DNA of 53,657 nucleotides from an uncultured Candidatus Saccharibacteria bacterium (GTDB taxonomy: Bacteria > Patescibacteriota > Saccharimonadia > Saccharimonadales > UBA4665). How positions within the stretch are numbered: position 1 is the first letter of the stretch; every line of letters starts with the position of its first letter. Below, in pieces: positions 18,969 to 27,730 of the stretch. The notes beneath the pieces were generated by a model, which was not told the DNA's origin, did no database searches, and saw only the letters and a list, made by a program, of their open reading frames with translations. The position numbers and the translations under genes are program-made. The stretch spans positions 1,605 to 55,261 of the forward strand of contig CAZBLZ010000004.1 of NCBI GenBank assembly GCA_964493045.1, given 5' to 3'.

Positions 18969-19424
18969 ATGAAGAAATTATTCCATCTGACACAGTCAGG
19001 CATTGATGAACTAAAATCTGAGCTAGAAGCATTACGCGTGCGTCGTGTTGCAACTGCGGAAGCTATCAAGGTAGCACGTGAGCTAGGTGACTTGAGTGAA
19101 AACGCTGAGTACCAGTCAGCGCGTCAGGAACAAGAACGCAATGACAGTCGTATTGACGAAATTGAGCACATCCTAGCGAACGTAGAAGTTATCAAATCTA
19201 CTGGCTCGAAGCAGGTAGTACTTGGTTCAACCGTTACGCTTAAGGGTGGCAAGAAGGATATGGTTTTACAGGTGGTTGGCACTATTGAAGCCGATCCACT
19301 TGCGCAAAAAATTAGCGACGAATCACCAATCGGTAAGGCATTACTCGGTAAAAAAGAAGGCGACGAAGTTGAAATCGTTACTCCCGCTGAGACAAAAGCT
19401 TACACGATTAAGTTAATTGCGTAG
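18969..19424 (+). CDS. greA: Transcription elongation factor GreA
   Basis: GDLSENAEYQSARQEQ coiled-coil tip region and a C-terminal FKBP-like domain. Confidence 0.9.
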   Translation: MKKLFHLTQSGIDELKSELEALRVRRVATAEAIKVARELGDLSENAEYQSARQEQERNDSRIDEIEHILANVEVIKSTGSKQVVLGSTVTLKGGKKDMVLQVVGTIEADPLAQKISDESPIGKALLGKKEGDEVEIVTPAETKAYTIKLIA

Positions 19425-19443
19425 AAACGTACACTATCGATAC

Positions 19444-19483
19444 AACCAAAAACGACTCTTATAAGGGGTCGTTTTTGGTTTTA
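19444..19483 (+). terminator. Rho-independent terminator after greA
   Basis: Arms aaccaaaaacgac (19444-19456) and gtcgtttttggtt (19468-19480), then tt. Confidence 0.75.
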
Positions 19484-19525
19484 CCTCTGGTAAAATTGGC
19501 TCAAATCGGCTAAGCTAGATGCATT

Positions 19526-21058
19526 ATGCAGTGGTTAAATAGTATTGTAGATGAGTTAATCGCACGTCATCCTGATGGAGACGTTATTGTTTCTTCTGGC
19601 GTATCGCCATCCGGAACGTATCATTTGGGAACACTGCGCGAAGTTTTGACTGCTGAGATCATTGCAATTGAGGTACGACGTCGTGGCCGCACTGCACGTC
19701 ATTTGCACATTGTTGATGATTTGGATATTTTTCGTAAAGTCCCTGTTGATATTCCAGCGGAGTATGAGAAATATTTAGGCAAGCCTCTGTGCGATGTGCC
19801 TGCTCCAGACGGCAGCGATCGTTCATATGCAGACTACTTTTTAGAGGATTTGGTTCGTGCTGCAGAAAAACTACATCTGCAGATGGAAATTGTGCGCTCA
19901 CATCAAAAATACCGTGAAGGTTTCATGGTGCCTGTTATTGAGCAGGCGCTTGAGCACACTGATGATATTCGTCGTGTCCTGACGGAAGTTTCGGGCCGTG
20001 ATTTGAATGCAGATTGGTCACCCATTCAGGTTGTGGAAGATGGCTATCTCAAAAACCGCTTATTTAGATCTATAGATACAAAAGCTAAAACGGTAACTTA
20101 TGTCGGCAAGGGTGATCAAGAAAAGGTTGCCAATTATTTGCATGGAGATGTAAAGCTAAACTGGCGGATTGATTGGCCGGCGCGTTGGTCATTACTACAT
20201 GTCATGGCCGAACCATTTGGTCGTGATCATGCAACCAAGGGTGGCTCATATGATACCGGTAAAGTGATCGTACGCGATGTGTTTAACGCAGAGGCACCAT
20301 TACCAGTGCCGTATAATTTCATCAATCGTACAGGTGAAACCAAGAAGATGAGTAAAAGTGCTGGTGATGCAATTACGGCTAGCGAGCTGTTAAACATATT
20401 GCCCCCGGAAATCGTCTGGTTCTTCATTTTCCGGTCTGCGCCGGATAAACTACTATTTTTCGGCGAAGGCGAAACGCTCTTACGACTCTTTGATGAATTC
20501 GCGGAGCTACTCGCAAAGCCTGATAAGACTGCAGGTGAGCAACAGCTCCTCGAGCTTTGCTTGCATGGCGTAGAGGCTCCTACAGTGAGTAACGTGCCAT
20601 TTTCGCACTTGGTAGCGAGCTATCAAGCTGCACTCAAAGACACTGACAAGACGATTGCAATTATTGCACGAACGGAACATGCAGAGACAGCCGCTCAACA
20701 GGCTGAAACTATTACTCGTGAATTGAAGTTCATTGATAGCTGGCTAGCTAACTGGGCGCCTGAAGAAATGAAATTTGAGCTCCAAAAAACAGTTAATGCA
20801 AGCCAATTCACCGACGCTGAAAAAGACTTCTTTGCATTACTCTCAGAAAAAGTTAAGGCTGCCCCAGAGGATGCTGATGGCAGCTGGTTCCATGACGCCA
20901 TTTACGACTGCAAAGACGAAACTGGGCTAGGACCTAAAGATATGTTCTCAGCTTTGTATCGACTGCTCATTGGCAAAACGTCAGGACCACGTGCCGGTTG
21001 GTTTTTGAGCATTTTGCCACGTGATGACCTTCTGGCTCAGCTCAAGTCGGTAGTGTAG
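19526..21058 (+). CDS. lysS: Class I lysyl-tRNA synthetase
   Basis: HIGH-type SPSGTYHLGTLRE and a KMSKS motif (TKKMSKSAGD). The architecture matches archaeal-type (LysK) class I LysRS. Confidence 0.85.
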   Translation: MQWLNSIVDELIARHPDGDVIVSSGVSPSGTYHLGTLREVLTAEIIAIEVRRRGRTARHLHIVDDLDIFRKVPVDIPAEYEKYLGKPLCDVPAPDGSDRSYADYFLEDLVRAAEKLHLQMEIVRSHQKYREGFMVPVIEQALEHTDDIRRVLTEVSGRDLNADWSPIQVVEDGYLKNRLFRSIDTKAKTVTYVGKGDQEKVANYLHGDVKLNWRIDWPARWSLLHVMAEPFGRDHATKGGSYDTGKVIVRDVFNAEAPLPVPYNFINRTGETKKMSKSAGDAITASELLNILPPEIVWFFIFRSAPDKLLFFGEGETLLRLFDEFAELLAKPDKTAGEQQLLELCLHGVEAPTVSNVPFSHLVASYQAALKDTDKTIAIIARTEHAETAAQQAETITRELKFIDSWLANWAPEEMKFELQKTVNASQFTDAEKDFFALLSEKVKAAPEDADGSWFHDAIYDCKDETGLGPKDMFSALYRLLIGKTSGPRAGWFLSILPRDDLLAQLKSVV

Positions 21059-21076
21059 GGCAGATACTACAAATAC

Positions 21077-21106
21077 AAAAAAGACACCCGTTAGGGTGTC
21101 TTTTTT
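21077..21106. terminator. Bidirectional rho-independent terminator between lysS and the LPXTG gene
   Basis: Arms aaaaaagacaccc (21077-21089) and gggtgtctttttt (21094-21106), with loop gtta. Confidence 0.85.
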
Positions 21107-21122
21107 GTAGAGGGGATACCTC

Positions 21123-21812
21123 TTAGTTTATGTTGCGTGCAATACGCAGCATGTTAAGAGTGTAGCCGATACCGGCGATAGCAAATACAGCGAGTGTAGC
21201 GGTCAGTGCGGTACTACCAGTATTTGGAAGCGTCTCGGCGACAGGAGCTGCTGTAGTAGGAGTCGTTGGGGTTGGAGTAGTTGTGACAGGTGGGGTCGTT
21301 ACAACAGGTACTACTACCTTTACGACTGCTACATCACAACCAGATTGTGGGCTGTCGCTCACCATACTGTTTCCTGCGAAGCAGGCTTTATTAGTGATGA
21401 TGTCACCATCTTTAGTATCGGTAACCTTCACGGCGTAAGTCTTGGTGACACTTTTGCCAGGGGCAATTGTACCCAAATCTTCGGTGATGGTCGTCTGAGT
21501 TGGGTTGCTTACTAATTGCAAACCGGCAGGTAACGTATCAGTTAGCTGAGTTTTAGCCATGTCATTGTTACCGTTGGCGGCAGCTTCACCGTCGTTCTTA
21601 ACGGTAATACTGTAGTTTAGGACATCGCCAGGGGCTGCAGTTACAGCTGATGCTGCATCGTTAGCATCTGTAAGTGCTCCGCCAGCTGTCTGGTTCTGTA
21701 CTTGCTTAACAATAGAGCCCTGAGGGTGCCAAGCGTATACGGTGCCAGCTAGGGCACCAAAGGTCACGAGGGTGGTTAGGCCTGCTGCTGCAAGCATAGG
21801 TACTTTTTTCAT
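21123..21812 (-). CDS. Sortase-anchored (LPXTG-type) surface protein with a DUF11-like repeat domain
   Basis: Signal peptide MKKVPMLAAAGLTTLVTFGALA. The C-terminus has LPNTG, a hydrophobic stretch and an RIARNIN tail. A Thr/Pro linker and LNYSITVKNDG are also present. Confidence 0.8.
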   Translation of the reverse strand: MKKVPMLAAAGLTTLVTFGALAGTVYAWHPQGSIVKQVQNQTAGGALTDANDAASAVTAAPGDVLNYSITVKNDGEAAANGNNDMAKTQLTDTLPAGLQLVSNPTQTTITEDLGTIAPGKSVTKTYAVKVTDTKDGDIITNKACFAGNSMVSDSPQSGCDVAVVKVVVPVVTTPPVTTTPTPTTPTTAAPVAETLPNTGSTALTATLAVFAIAGIGYTLNMLRIARNIN

Positions 21813-21990
21813 CTCTTAACTCCTTTAACAAGGGCTATAAGTCGCCTCAATGGCTTAAAGTCCGTTTACGAAGACAGTATACGCTAAATAATGCAACAAT
21901 TCAATAGTTTTATGCTTTAAGCAAATATATTGTATTAAAACACATGCATTTTGTTATCCTTAGGAGTGCAACCCTGATACACTACATTTG

Positions 21991-22362
21991 ATGGAAATTA
22001 TATCTGATGAGCAATTTCAGGAATTGATTGATCGGGCGTTCGATAGCTTACCAAAAGTGCATCGTGACCGAGTTCAAAACGTGGCCATATTGTTTGCGGA
22101 CACCCCTACTCAGGAGCAGCGGCTAGAATTGCAACTGCGTCATGATCAGACATTGCTTGGTTTATATCAGGGGGTGCCACTTAGCGCACGCCAGGGTAGG
22201 CCAAGCTTGCTACCGGATCGGATTACGCTGTTTAAGTTGCCGCTCATCATGCAGGCTCAGGGTGAGACTGGACTATATGAGGCGGTACGGCATACGTTGT
22301 GGCATGAAATCGCACATTATTACGGACTGAATCACGATAAAATCCGTGAACTTGAAAGTTAA
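21991..22362 (+). CDS. Small zincin-like metallopeptidase family protein (DUF1025-like)
   Basis: HExxH motif within TLWHEIAHYYGL. I chose the ATG at 21991 (the ORF opens at TTG 21988). Confidence 0.65.
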   Translation: MEIISDEQFQELIDRAFDSLPKVHRDRVQNVAILFADTPTQEQRLELQLRHDQTLLGLYQGVPLSARQGRPSLLPDRITLFKLPLIMQAQGETGLYEAVRHTLWHEIAHYYGLNHDKIRELES

Positions 22363-22446
22363 TTCTTTACTAGGCTGCTCGCTTTTCGATCTGAACTGCA
22401 CTAAAATCTAAGATTAGATGGCGGGGTAACAAAAGGGGTGAATGGA

Positions 22447-23025
22447 ATGGCACAGACAATTACAATAGCAGTATTGGCGGGTACAACCCGAGTACAGCGT
22501 GAATCAATCAAAGCGGCTCGATATGTGGCAGATTTTGCGACAAAACTACCAGATGTTGAAGTTATCTTTGCCGATCCGAAGGATTTTAATTTCCCGGGCG
22601 ATGGTAACGACCCTGAAGGAAAAGATCCGCGTTATACTGAGATTGTTGGCAAAGCTGACGCCTTTTTTGTAGTTACTCCTGAATATAATCACAGTTTTCC
22701 TGGTAGTTTGAAGCGCATGCTCGACAGTGAGCTTGCACTGTACAACCACAAGCCGATAGCTTTCGCAGGCGCTTCTAATGGCAACTGGGGCGGCGTACGT
22801 GCGGTGGAGAGCCTACTTACGGCTGTACGTGAGACGGGGTTGGTTGCTTTGAGCTGGGATGTATATTTTCCTTATGTACAGAATATTTTTGATGCAGATG
22901 GAAATATAAAAGACGAGTATCGAGAGCGCTACGAAAAATCGTTAGGTAAACTGTTCAATGAGCTGCTATGGATGGCACGACTATTTAAGCAGGGACGTGC
23001 AGAGCAGGATAGTACGAATATATGA
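22447..23025 (+). CDS. NAD(P)H-dependent FMN reductase family oxidoreductase
   Basis: IAVLAGTTR...FFVVTPEYNHSFPGSLKRMLD. AAGGGG lies 8 nt upstream of the ATG at 22447 (the ORF opens at GTG 22438). Confidence 0.75.
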   Translation: MAQTITIAVLAGTTRVQRESIKAARYVADFATKLPDVEVIFADPKDFNFPGDGNDPEGKDPRYTEIVGKADAFFVVTPEYNHSFPGSLKRMLDSELALYNHKPIAFAGASNGNWGGVRAVESLLTAVRETGLVALSWDVYFPYVQNIFDADGNIKDEYRERYEKSLGKLFNELLWMARLFKQGRAEQDSTNI

Positions 23026-23861
23026 GTGTATTTCAAACGACATCACAGATTATCGCGGTTATTGTTGGCATGAGTGTCGTACAGTGGCTTGCGGGCAAAA
23101 GCATTGATGGAGTAGTACGTCGTAGTGTACATGGCGATAAATATTCAACCAAAGCAGAGGAGTTAAAGCGAGAAGAAACGTTGATCCATGTATTTCGCCC
23201 GTTAAGTCGTGGGGTGATTTGGATTATTACATTCATCGTTGTTCTGGGCTTGCTCGGTGTTAATTTAGCTGCGCTAGTAACGGGTGCTGGTGCATTAGGC
23301 TTAGTGTTTGGTATTGTCGCCCAGAGTGCCTTTAAAGACTACATAGCCGGAATATACATTATTCTAGAGAATCAGTTTCGGGTCGGTGACGTAGTGTTGC
23401 TAGCTGGTACCACTTCAGGTGTGGTTGAAGATATAACCATTCGCGTTACTAAATTACGTGACCTTGATGGCAATGTGCATTATGTGCGTAATGGCGATGC
23501 AGGAGTCATTACTAATATGACTTCAGAATGGGCAAACGCCAACGTAGACATACAAGTTGGTTGGGACGCTAATATTGACCAAGTAGAGAAGATTATCAAT
23601 GAAGTGGGCGCTGCTATGGCTACCGAGGAGGCTTGGAAGCCAATGATTGTCGAGCCAGTGCAATTTTACCGGCTTGATAGCTTTAGCCCTTCGGCTGTGA
23701 CTGTGAAGGCGCTAGGTAAAACTACGCCAATTGATCAATGGACGGTCTCGGGTGAATTCCGCCGCCGTATCAAGGTAGCATTCGAAAAGCATGGAATTGA
23801 ACGACCATATCCGCAACGAGTGTTGCATGAAGCCAAAAGTCATAAAGGAGACAAGAAATGA
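23022..23861 (+). CDS. Small-conductance mechanosensitive channel (MscS family)
   Basis: TM helices followed by FRVGDVVLLAGTTSGVVEDITIRVTKLRDLDGNVHYVRNG. ATGA overlap with the upstream gene. Confidence 0.8.
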   Translation: MSVFQTTSQIIAVIVGMSVVQWLAGKSIDGVVRRSVHGDKYSTKAEELKREETLIHVFRPLSRGVIWIITFIVVLGLLGVNLAALVTGAGALGLVFGIVAQSAFKDYIAGIYIILENQFRVGDVVLLAGTTSGVVEDITIRVTKLRDLDGNVHYVRNGDAGVITNMTSEWANANVDIQVGWDANIDQVEKIINEVGAAMATEEAWKPMIVEPVQFYRLDSFSPSAVTVKALGKTTPIDQWTVSGEFRRRIKVAFEKHGIERPYPQRVLHEAKSHKGDKK

Positions 23862-24160
23862 AAGCAGTTTGGAATGGAGTAACTATTGCAGAAGCAGACA
23901 AAGAAGATCTGATCTACATTGAGCAGAATTGGTACTTTCCTCCGGAAAGTGTGAAGAGTGAATATCTACGCAAAAGTGATACGCCATACACCTGTCCGTG
24001 GAAGGGTGTATGCCAGTATTTTGATATAGGCGAGGGTGAAAACTGGGCCAATGATAATGCGTGGAGTTATCCAGAACCAAAACCGAGTGCTATTGATATC
24101 GTTAAAAAAGACTTCAGTAATTACGTTGCCTTTTGGCGTGACGTTACGGTTTCCGAGTAG
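23858..24160 (+). CDS. DUF427 domain protein
   Basis: AVWNGVTIAE...YFPPESV...CPWKGVCQYFDI...AWSYPEP...VAFW. ATGA overlap with the MscS gene. Confidence 0.7.
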   Translation: MKAVWNGVTIAEADKEDLIYIEQNWYFPPESVKSEYLRKSDTPYTCPWKGVCQYFDIGEGENWANDNAWSYPEPKPSAIDIVKKDFSNYVAFWRDVTVSE

Positions 24161-24176
24161 TTTGTCCGACCCCGAA

Positions 24177-25835
24177 TTATTCCTGGGAAGTTGGCGCTAG
24201 TAGTAACTCTGCGCCACCGAGGTTTTTAGCCAAATAGCTGTCATGTGAAATGTAGAGTAGTGCCCCATGGTAATCACGTAGGGCATTCTCTAACTCTTCA
24301 ATTGAAGGTAGATCTAAGTGGTTAGTTGGCTCATCTAAAATAAGCACATTTGGGTCACCTGCAAGCATCTGTATAATCTGGAGTCGTGCTTTTTGACCAC
24401 CGCTTAGATCATTCACGAGCGTCTGACCATCTTCGTATGGGTTAAACAAATAGTTACCCATCGTTCGCATTACATGTTCTTCGGTGCTTGGTAGCTCAAG
24501 CTGATCATAAATTCGAACAATTGCTTTTGAGAGGGGTAGGGCGAGCAACTCATGGCTAGCTTCCTGCTCATATACACTAAGACGTAGGCTACGGTCGCAG
24601 AAAATGCCACCAGCCCTGTATGTTGAACTGCGAACTTCGTGTGCCGCGTCCTCTAAGGCGCGTACAAGTGTAGTTTTACCTGCACCGTTTCGTCCGATAA
24701 GGCGTAGACGATCACCATGACTTAGGCTGAAATCTACAGGTTTAAATAGTGGAGTTTCGGTATAGCCCAGTTGAAGACCTTCCACGCGTAGCAATTCCTT
24801 GGAATGTTCGTGAGTAGAAGTTTTGTGTAGCTTAATATTCTTTGCCTTGAACTTGTCATAGTTATCGCTGACTTTTTTGTTAAGACCAGCAGCGCTTTCA
24901 CGGTCGATCCAGAAGTTTGGTTCAACCATGGCTGCTTCAACGTCCGCGTACTGTTTAAGCAGGCGTTTCTCAAGCGGGATGAACGGGTTTGGAGTTTTAC
25001 TCGTACTAGCTTTTTTAGCTCGAACACTCTGGATCTGTTTCTTGAGATTATCTAATGTGGCTTGAGCGGTGGCATAGTCATGCATTTGGGTTGAAGCACT
25101 TTGGACGTTTTGGCTTAAGTACGCTTCGTAGTTACCTTTATACTCTGCTGCGCTGCCGTTTTTGATCTCTATAATTCGGTCAACATAAGCTAGTACGTCA
25201 CGGTCGTGGCTGATCACGACCACTGCGCGTTTTACTGCCGTAAACCACTCTAAAAATGCTGCTTTAGCGACATAGTCCATGTGGTTGGTTGGTTCGTCGA
25301 TGAGTGCTAAGTCGGCGTCGGCATGCTCAACGGCGATCAGTTCAACAAATCGTTTTTGACCACCAGAGAGGCGTTCCATAGGTAGATCTGCCTTATTGGG
25401 TAGCTGATACTCGTCGAGTGACTGGAGAATTTTATCTTCAATATTGTAATAATCTAGCGTACCAAACCGTTCCAGCGCTTCGCTGTAGCGGGTGATTTTA
25501 CCGATGTTGTCACCCATCGTTTCGGGGTAGGTGTCGATGATGTGTTTGAGCTCCGCATACTCAGGTAGGCGGCTTAAGATGTACTGCATGACGGTCATGT
25601 CTCCAATGCCGGTATGTTCCTGCGCCGTGGCGATTACACGAGCACCTGGCTGCGCGCTCACCGTGCCGGCAAAGTCTTTGTCTACCCCTGTAAGCATGCG
25701 GAACAGGGTTGTTTTCCCGACGCCGTTCCGGCCTATAATGGCTACTTTTTCACCTTGTTCGACATGCAATTTTAGGCCCGAAAACAAATGCTTCGTGCCC
25801 ATGATCTTCTCTTCAATATTCGCAGAAAGTAACAT
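24177..25835 (-). CDS. ABC-F family ATPase (two ABC domains, no TM domain)
   Basis: Two Walker A motifs (GRNGVGKTT, GRNGAGKTT), two signature motifs (LSGGQKRF, LSGGQKARL) and an inter-domain linker. Confidence 0.85.
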   Translation of the reverse strand: MLLSANIEEKIMGTKHLFSGLKLHVEQGEKVAIIGRNGVGKTTLFRMLTGVDKDFAGTVSAQPGARVIATAQEHTGIGDMTVMQYILSRLPEYAELKHIIDTYPETMGDNIGKITRYSEALERFGTLDYYNIEDKILQSLDEYQLPNKADLPMERLSGGQKRFVELIAVEHADADLALIDEPTNHMDYVAKAAFLEWFTAVKRAVVVISHDRDVLAYVDRIIEIKNGSAAEYKGNYEAYLSQNVQSASTQMHDYATAQATLDNLKKQIQSVRAKKASTSKTPNPFIPLEKRLLKQYADVEAAMVEPNFWIDRESAAGLNKKVSDNYDKFKAKNIKLHKTSTHEHSKELLRVEGLQLGYTETPLFKPVDFSLSHGDRLRLIGRNGAGKTTLVRALEDAAHEVRSSTYRAGGIFCDRSLRLSVYEQEASHELLALPLSKAIVRIYDQLELPSTEEHVMRTMGNYLFNPYEDGQTLVNDLSGGQKARLQIIQMLAGDPNVLILDEPTNHLDLPSIEELENALRDYHGALLYISHDSYLAKNLGGAELLLAPTSQE

Positions 25836-25917
25836 AGTATCAGCGTGCAGTATAACACCTTAGGCCACGTTAGTCTTAATCTGATATGCTATACATACGA
25901 ATAAAGGGGGTGCTGAT

Positions 25918-26400
25918 ATGGAACAAGCGATATTTGCGGCAGGGCGTTTCTGGGGTGTACAGTTTTATTTTGATCAAGTGCCGGGCGTAACAAGTACGCT
26001 TGTTGGCTATACTGGCGGTACAACCGAAGACCCGACATATGAGGAGGTCTGTACGCATACAACTGGTCATGCCGAGGCGGTGCTTGTGGAATTTGACGCT
26101 GGTAAAGTCGGCTATGAGACGCTCGTGCGCCAGTTCTTCCATATGCATGATCCAACGCAGTTGAATCGCCAAGGACCTGATATCGGGGATAGCTATCGTA
26201 GTGCTATCTTTTATGTTACTGATGAACAAAAGGGGGTCGCTGACAGAGTTATGGCTGAACTGCAACCCAAATATGATAGCAATATAGTGACTGAGGTTAC
26301 GCAGGCAGGACCATTTTATAGGGCTGAGGACTATCATCAGAAGTATGCTGAGCGTACAGGGCGGGGTGCCTGTCACGTTCCGTATGATCCGAACTTGTAA
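25918..26400 (+). CDS. msrA: Peptide-methionine (S)-S-oxide reductase MsrA homolog with the catalytic Cys replaced by Arg
   Basis: AAGRFWGVQ.YF...VGYTGG...PTYEEVC...TGHAEAV...HDPTQLNRQGPDIGDSYRSAIFY. The canonical motif is GCFWG; here codon 25945-25947 is CGT. Confidence 0.8.
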   Translation: MEQAIFAAGRFWGVQFYFDQVPGVTSTLVGYTGGTTEDPTYEEVCTHTTGHAEAVLVEFDAGKVGYETLVRQFFHMHDPTQLNRQGPDIGDSYRSAIFYVTDEQKGVADRVMAELQPKYDSNIVTEVTQAGPFYRAEDYHQKYAERTGRGACHVPYDPNL

Positions 26401-26453
26401 ATATGCCGCTCAAACTACTTGTGTTTTAAGCAAGAATATGTTACATTTAACTC

Positions 26454-27023
26454 ATGTCAGAAACAACGATTGACCTTGGTCTCGAATTTGATTTTGGTCC
26501 TGAACGGCCTGATTTAGTTGCAGATGGCGAGATCCGCACGCAGCTCGAGACTATTACAATCGATGCACCTCATTTGTTTGATGCCGGACAATCCAATCCT
26601 GTGACTAAGATGTTCCGATATCTTGAGGGTCAGTCAGATGTAACTGAAAATATACATGCAGGCCACTTTATGAGTACTCAGCCTACGCAAATTGCTATCG
26701 TAACCCAGTCATCAGGGGATGCTATGTTGTACGTTAAGCCTAATGTACAAACGAGGTATCCTAAGCCGGCCGTAGCGCATCATTTGCGCAGGGATGACAC
26801 GGGGACATATACACTCGTCGCTAGTATGCCCGCTAAAGATTTGGCTGAAGTACGTTTGCGTCCAGAACAACCTGTTGTGTATGGGTGGGTAGCTAAAGAA
26901 GTCAATCAAGCGACGATTATAACTAAAGAAGGGGGTATGTTGCATGACTTTTACAAAACAATGCAAGATGCCGCCGACGCGGGTAGGAAAAGTCGACTAG
27001 GTAGGTTTTTTACTGGGCGATAA
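26454..27023 (+). CDS. Hypothetical protein (189 aa)
   Basis: Long ORF in a coding-dense context. No motif recognised. Confidence 0.5.
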   Translation: MSETTIDLGLEFDFGPERPDLVADGEIRTQLETITIDAPHLFDAGQSNPVTKMFRYLEGQSDVTENIHAGHFMSTQPTQIAIVTQSSGDAMLYVKPNVQTRYPKPAVAHHLRRDDTGTYTLVASMPAKDLAEVRLRPEQPVVYGWVAKEVNQATIITKEGGMLHDFYKTMQDAADAGRKSRLGRFFTGR

Positions 27024-27055
27024 TTTTAAGGCCTTTATGCTATAGTTTAAGGACT

Positions 27056-27730
27056 ATGCGACAGAGGAAGCGTACTCTAAAACCTGCCGACCGCCAACGG
27101 GCGGTTATTTTTGATTTCGACGGTACGATCGCCGACAGTTTGGCGGCGGTTGTTATGGTGTTTGAAGATATGACTCGCGGTCGCCACGGTCATTACACTC
27201 CCGAAGAAGTTGAAGGTATGCGTGAAATGTCGTTAGGCGAATTACTTAAGGCTATACGGCTGCCAAAATGGAAAGTACCGCTTTTGATGCTTCGTGGTCG
27301 AAAGATGCTTCGTGAACATCTCCAAGATATAGCTGTTCATAAGGGGATGTTGGATGCCATCCGAAAGCTACACGAAGACGGTATTCCACTCTATGTTCTT
27401 AGCTCGAACAGTACTGAAAACGTGGAGACATACCTGAAGCGACATCGTTTGAGTGGATATTTTTCGGGAGTGTATGGTGGTGCAAGCTTGCTCGGTAAAG
27501 CACCACAGCTACTGAAGCTGATTGATCGTGCGCATATAGATGTAGAGCAGAGTTGGTATGTAGGCGACGAAACTCGAGATGTTAGCGCAGCTCGATCAGT
27601 AGGGCTTAAAGTTGCATCGGTGACGTGGGGTTATAACAATCGAATTGCGTTAGAACGCAAGGAACCGGATGCGCTAGTTGATACAGCACCGGCATTAGTA
27701 AAGACATTGGAGCGAGCGTGGAAGAAGTAA
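27056..27730 (+). CDS. HAD-superfamily hydrolase (phosphoglycolate phosphatase-like)
   Basis: Motif I VIFDFDGTIADS, then later SSNS and GDETRD. Confidence 0.8.
   Translation: MRQRKRTLKPADRQRAVIFDFDGTIADSLAAVVMVFEDMTRGRHGHYTPEEVEGMREMSLGELLKAIRLPKWKVPLLMLRGRKMLREHLQDIAVHKGMLDAIRKLHEDGIPLYVLSSNSTENVETYLKRHRLSGYFSGVYGGASLLGKAPQLLKLIDRAHIDVEQSWYVGDETRDVSAARSVGLKVASVTWGYNNRIALERKEPDALVDTAPALVKTLERAWKK

Noticed and set aside
25945-25947. Selenocysteine at the MsrA active site
   Set aside because: The codon is CGT (Arg), not TGA, and no SECIS-like context is relevant.
25876-26376. A 166-aa minus-strand ORF, plus the nested 88-aa ORF at 25889-26155, opposite msrA
   Set aside because: The plus-strand frame gives a full-length MsrA alignment. 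The antisense frames have no recognisable motifs.
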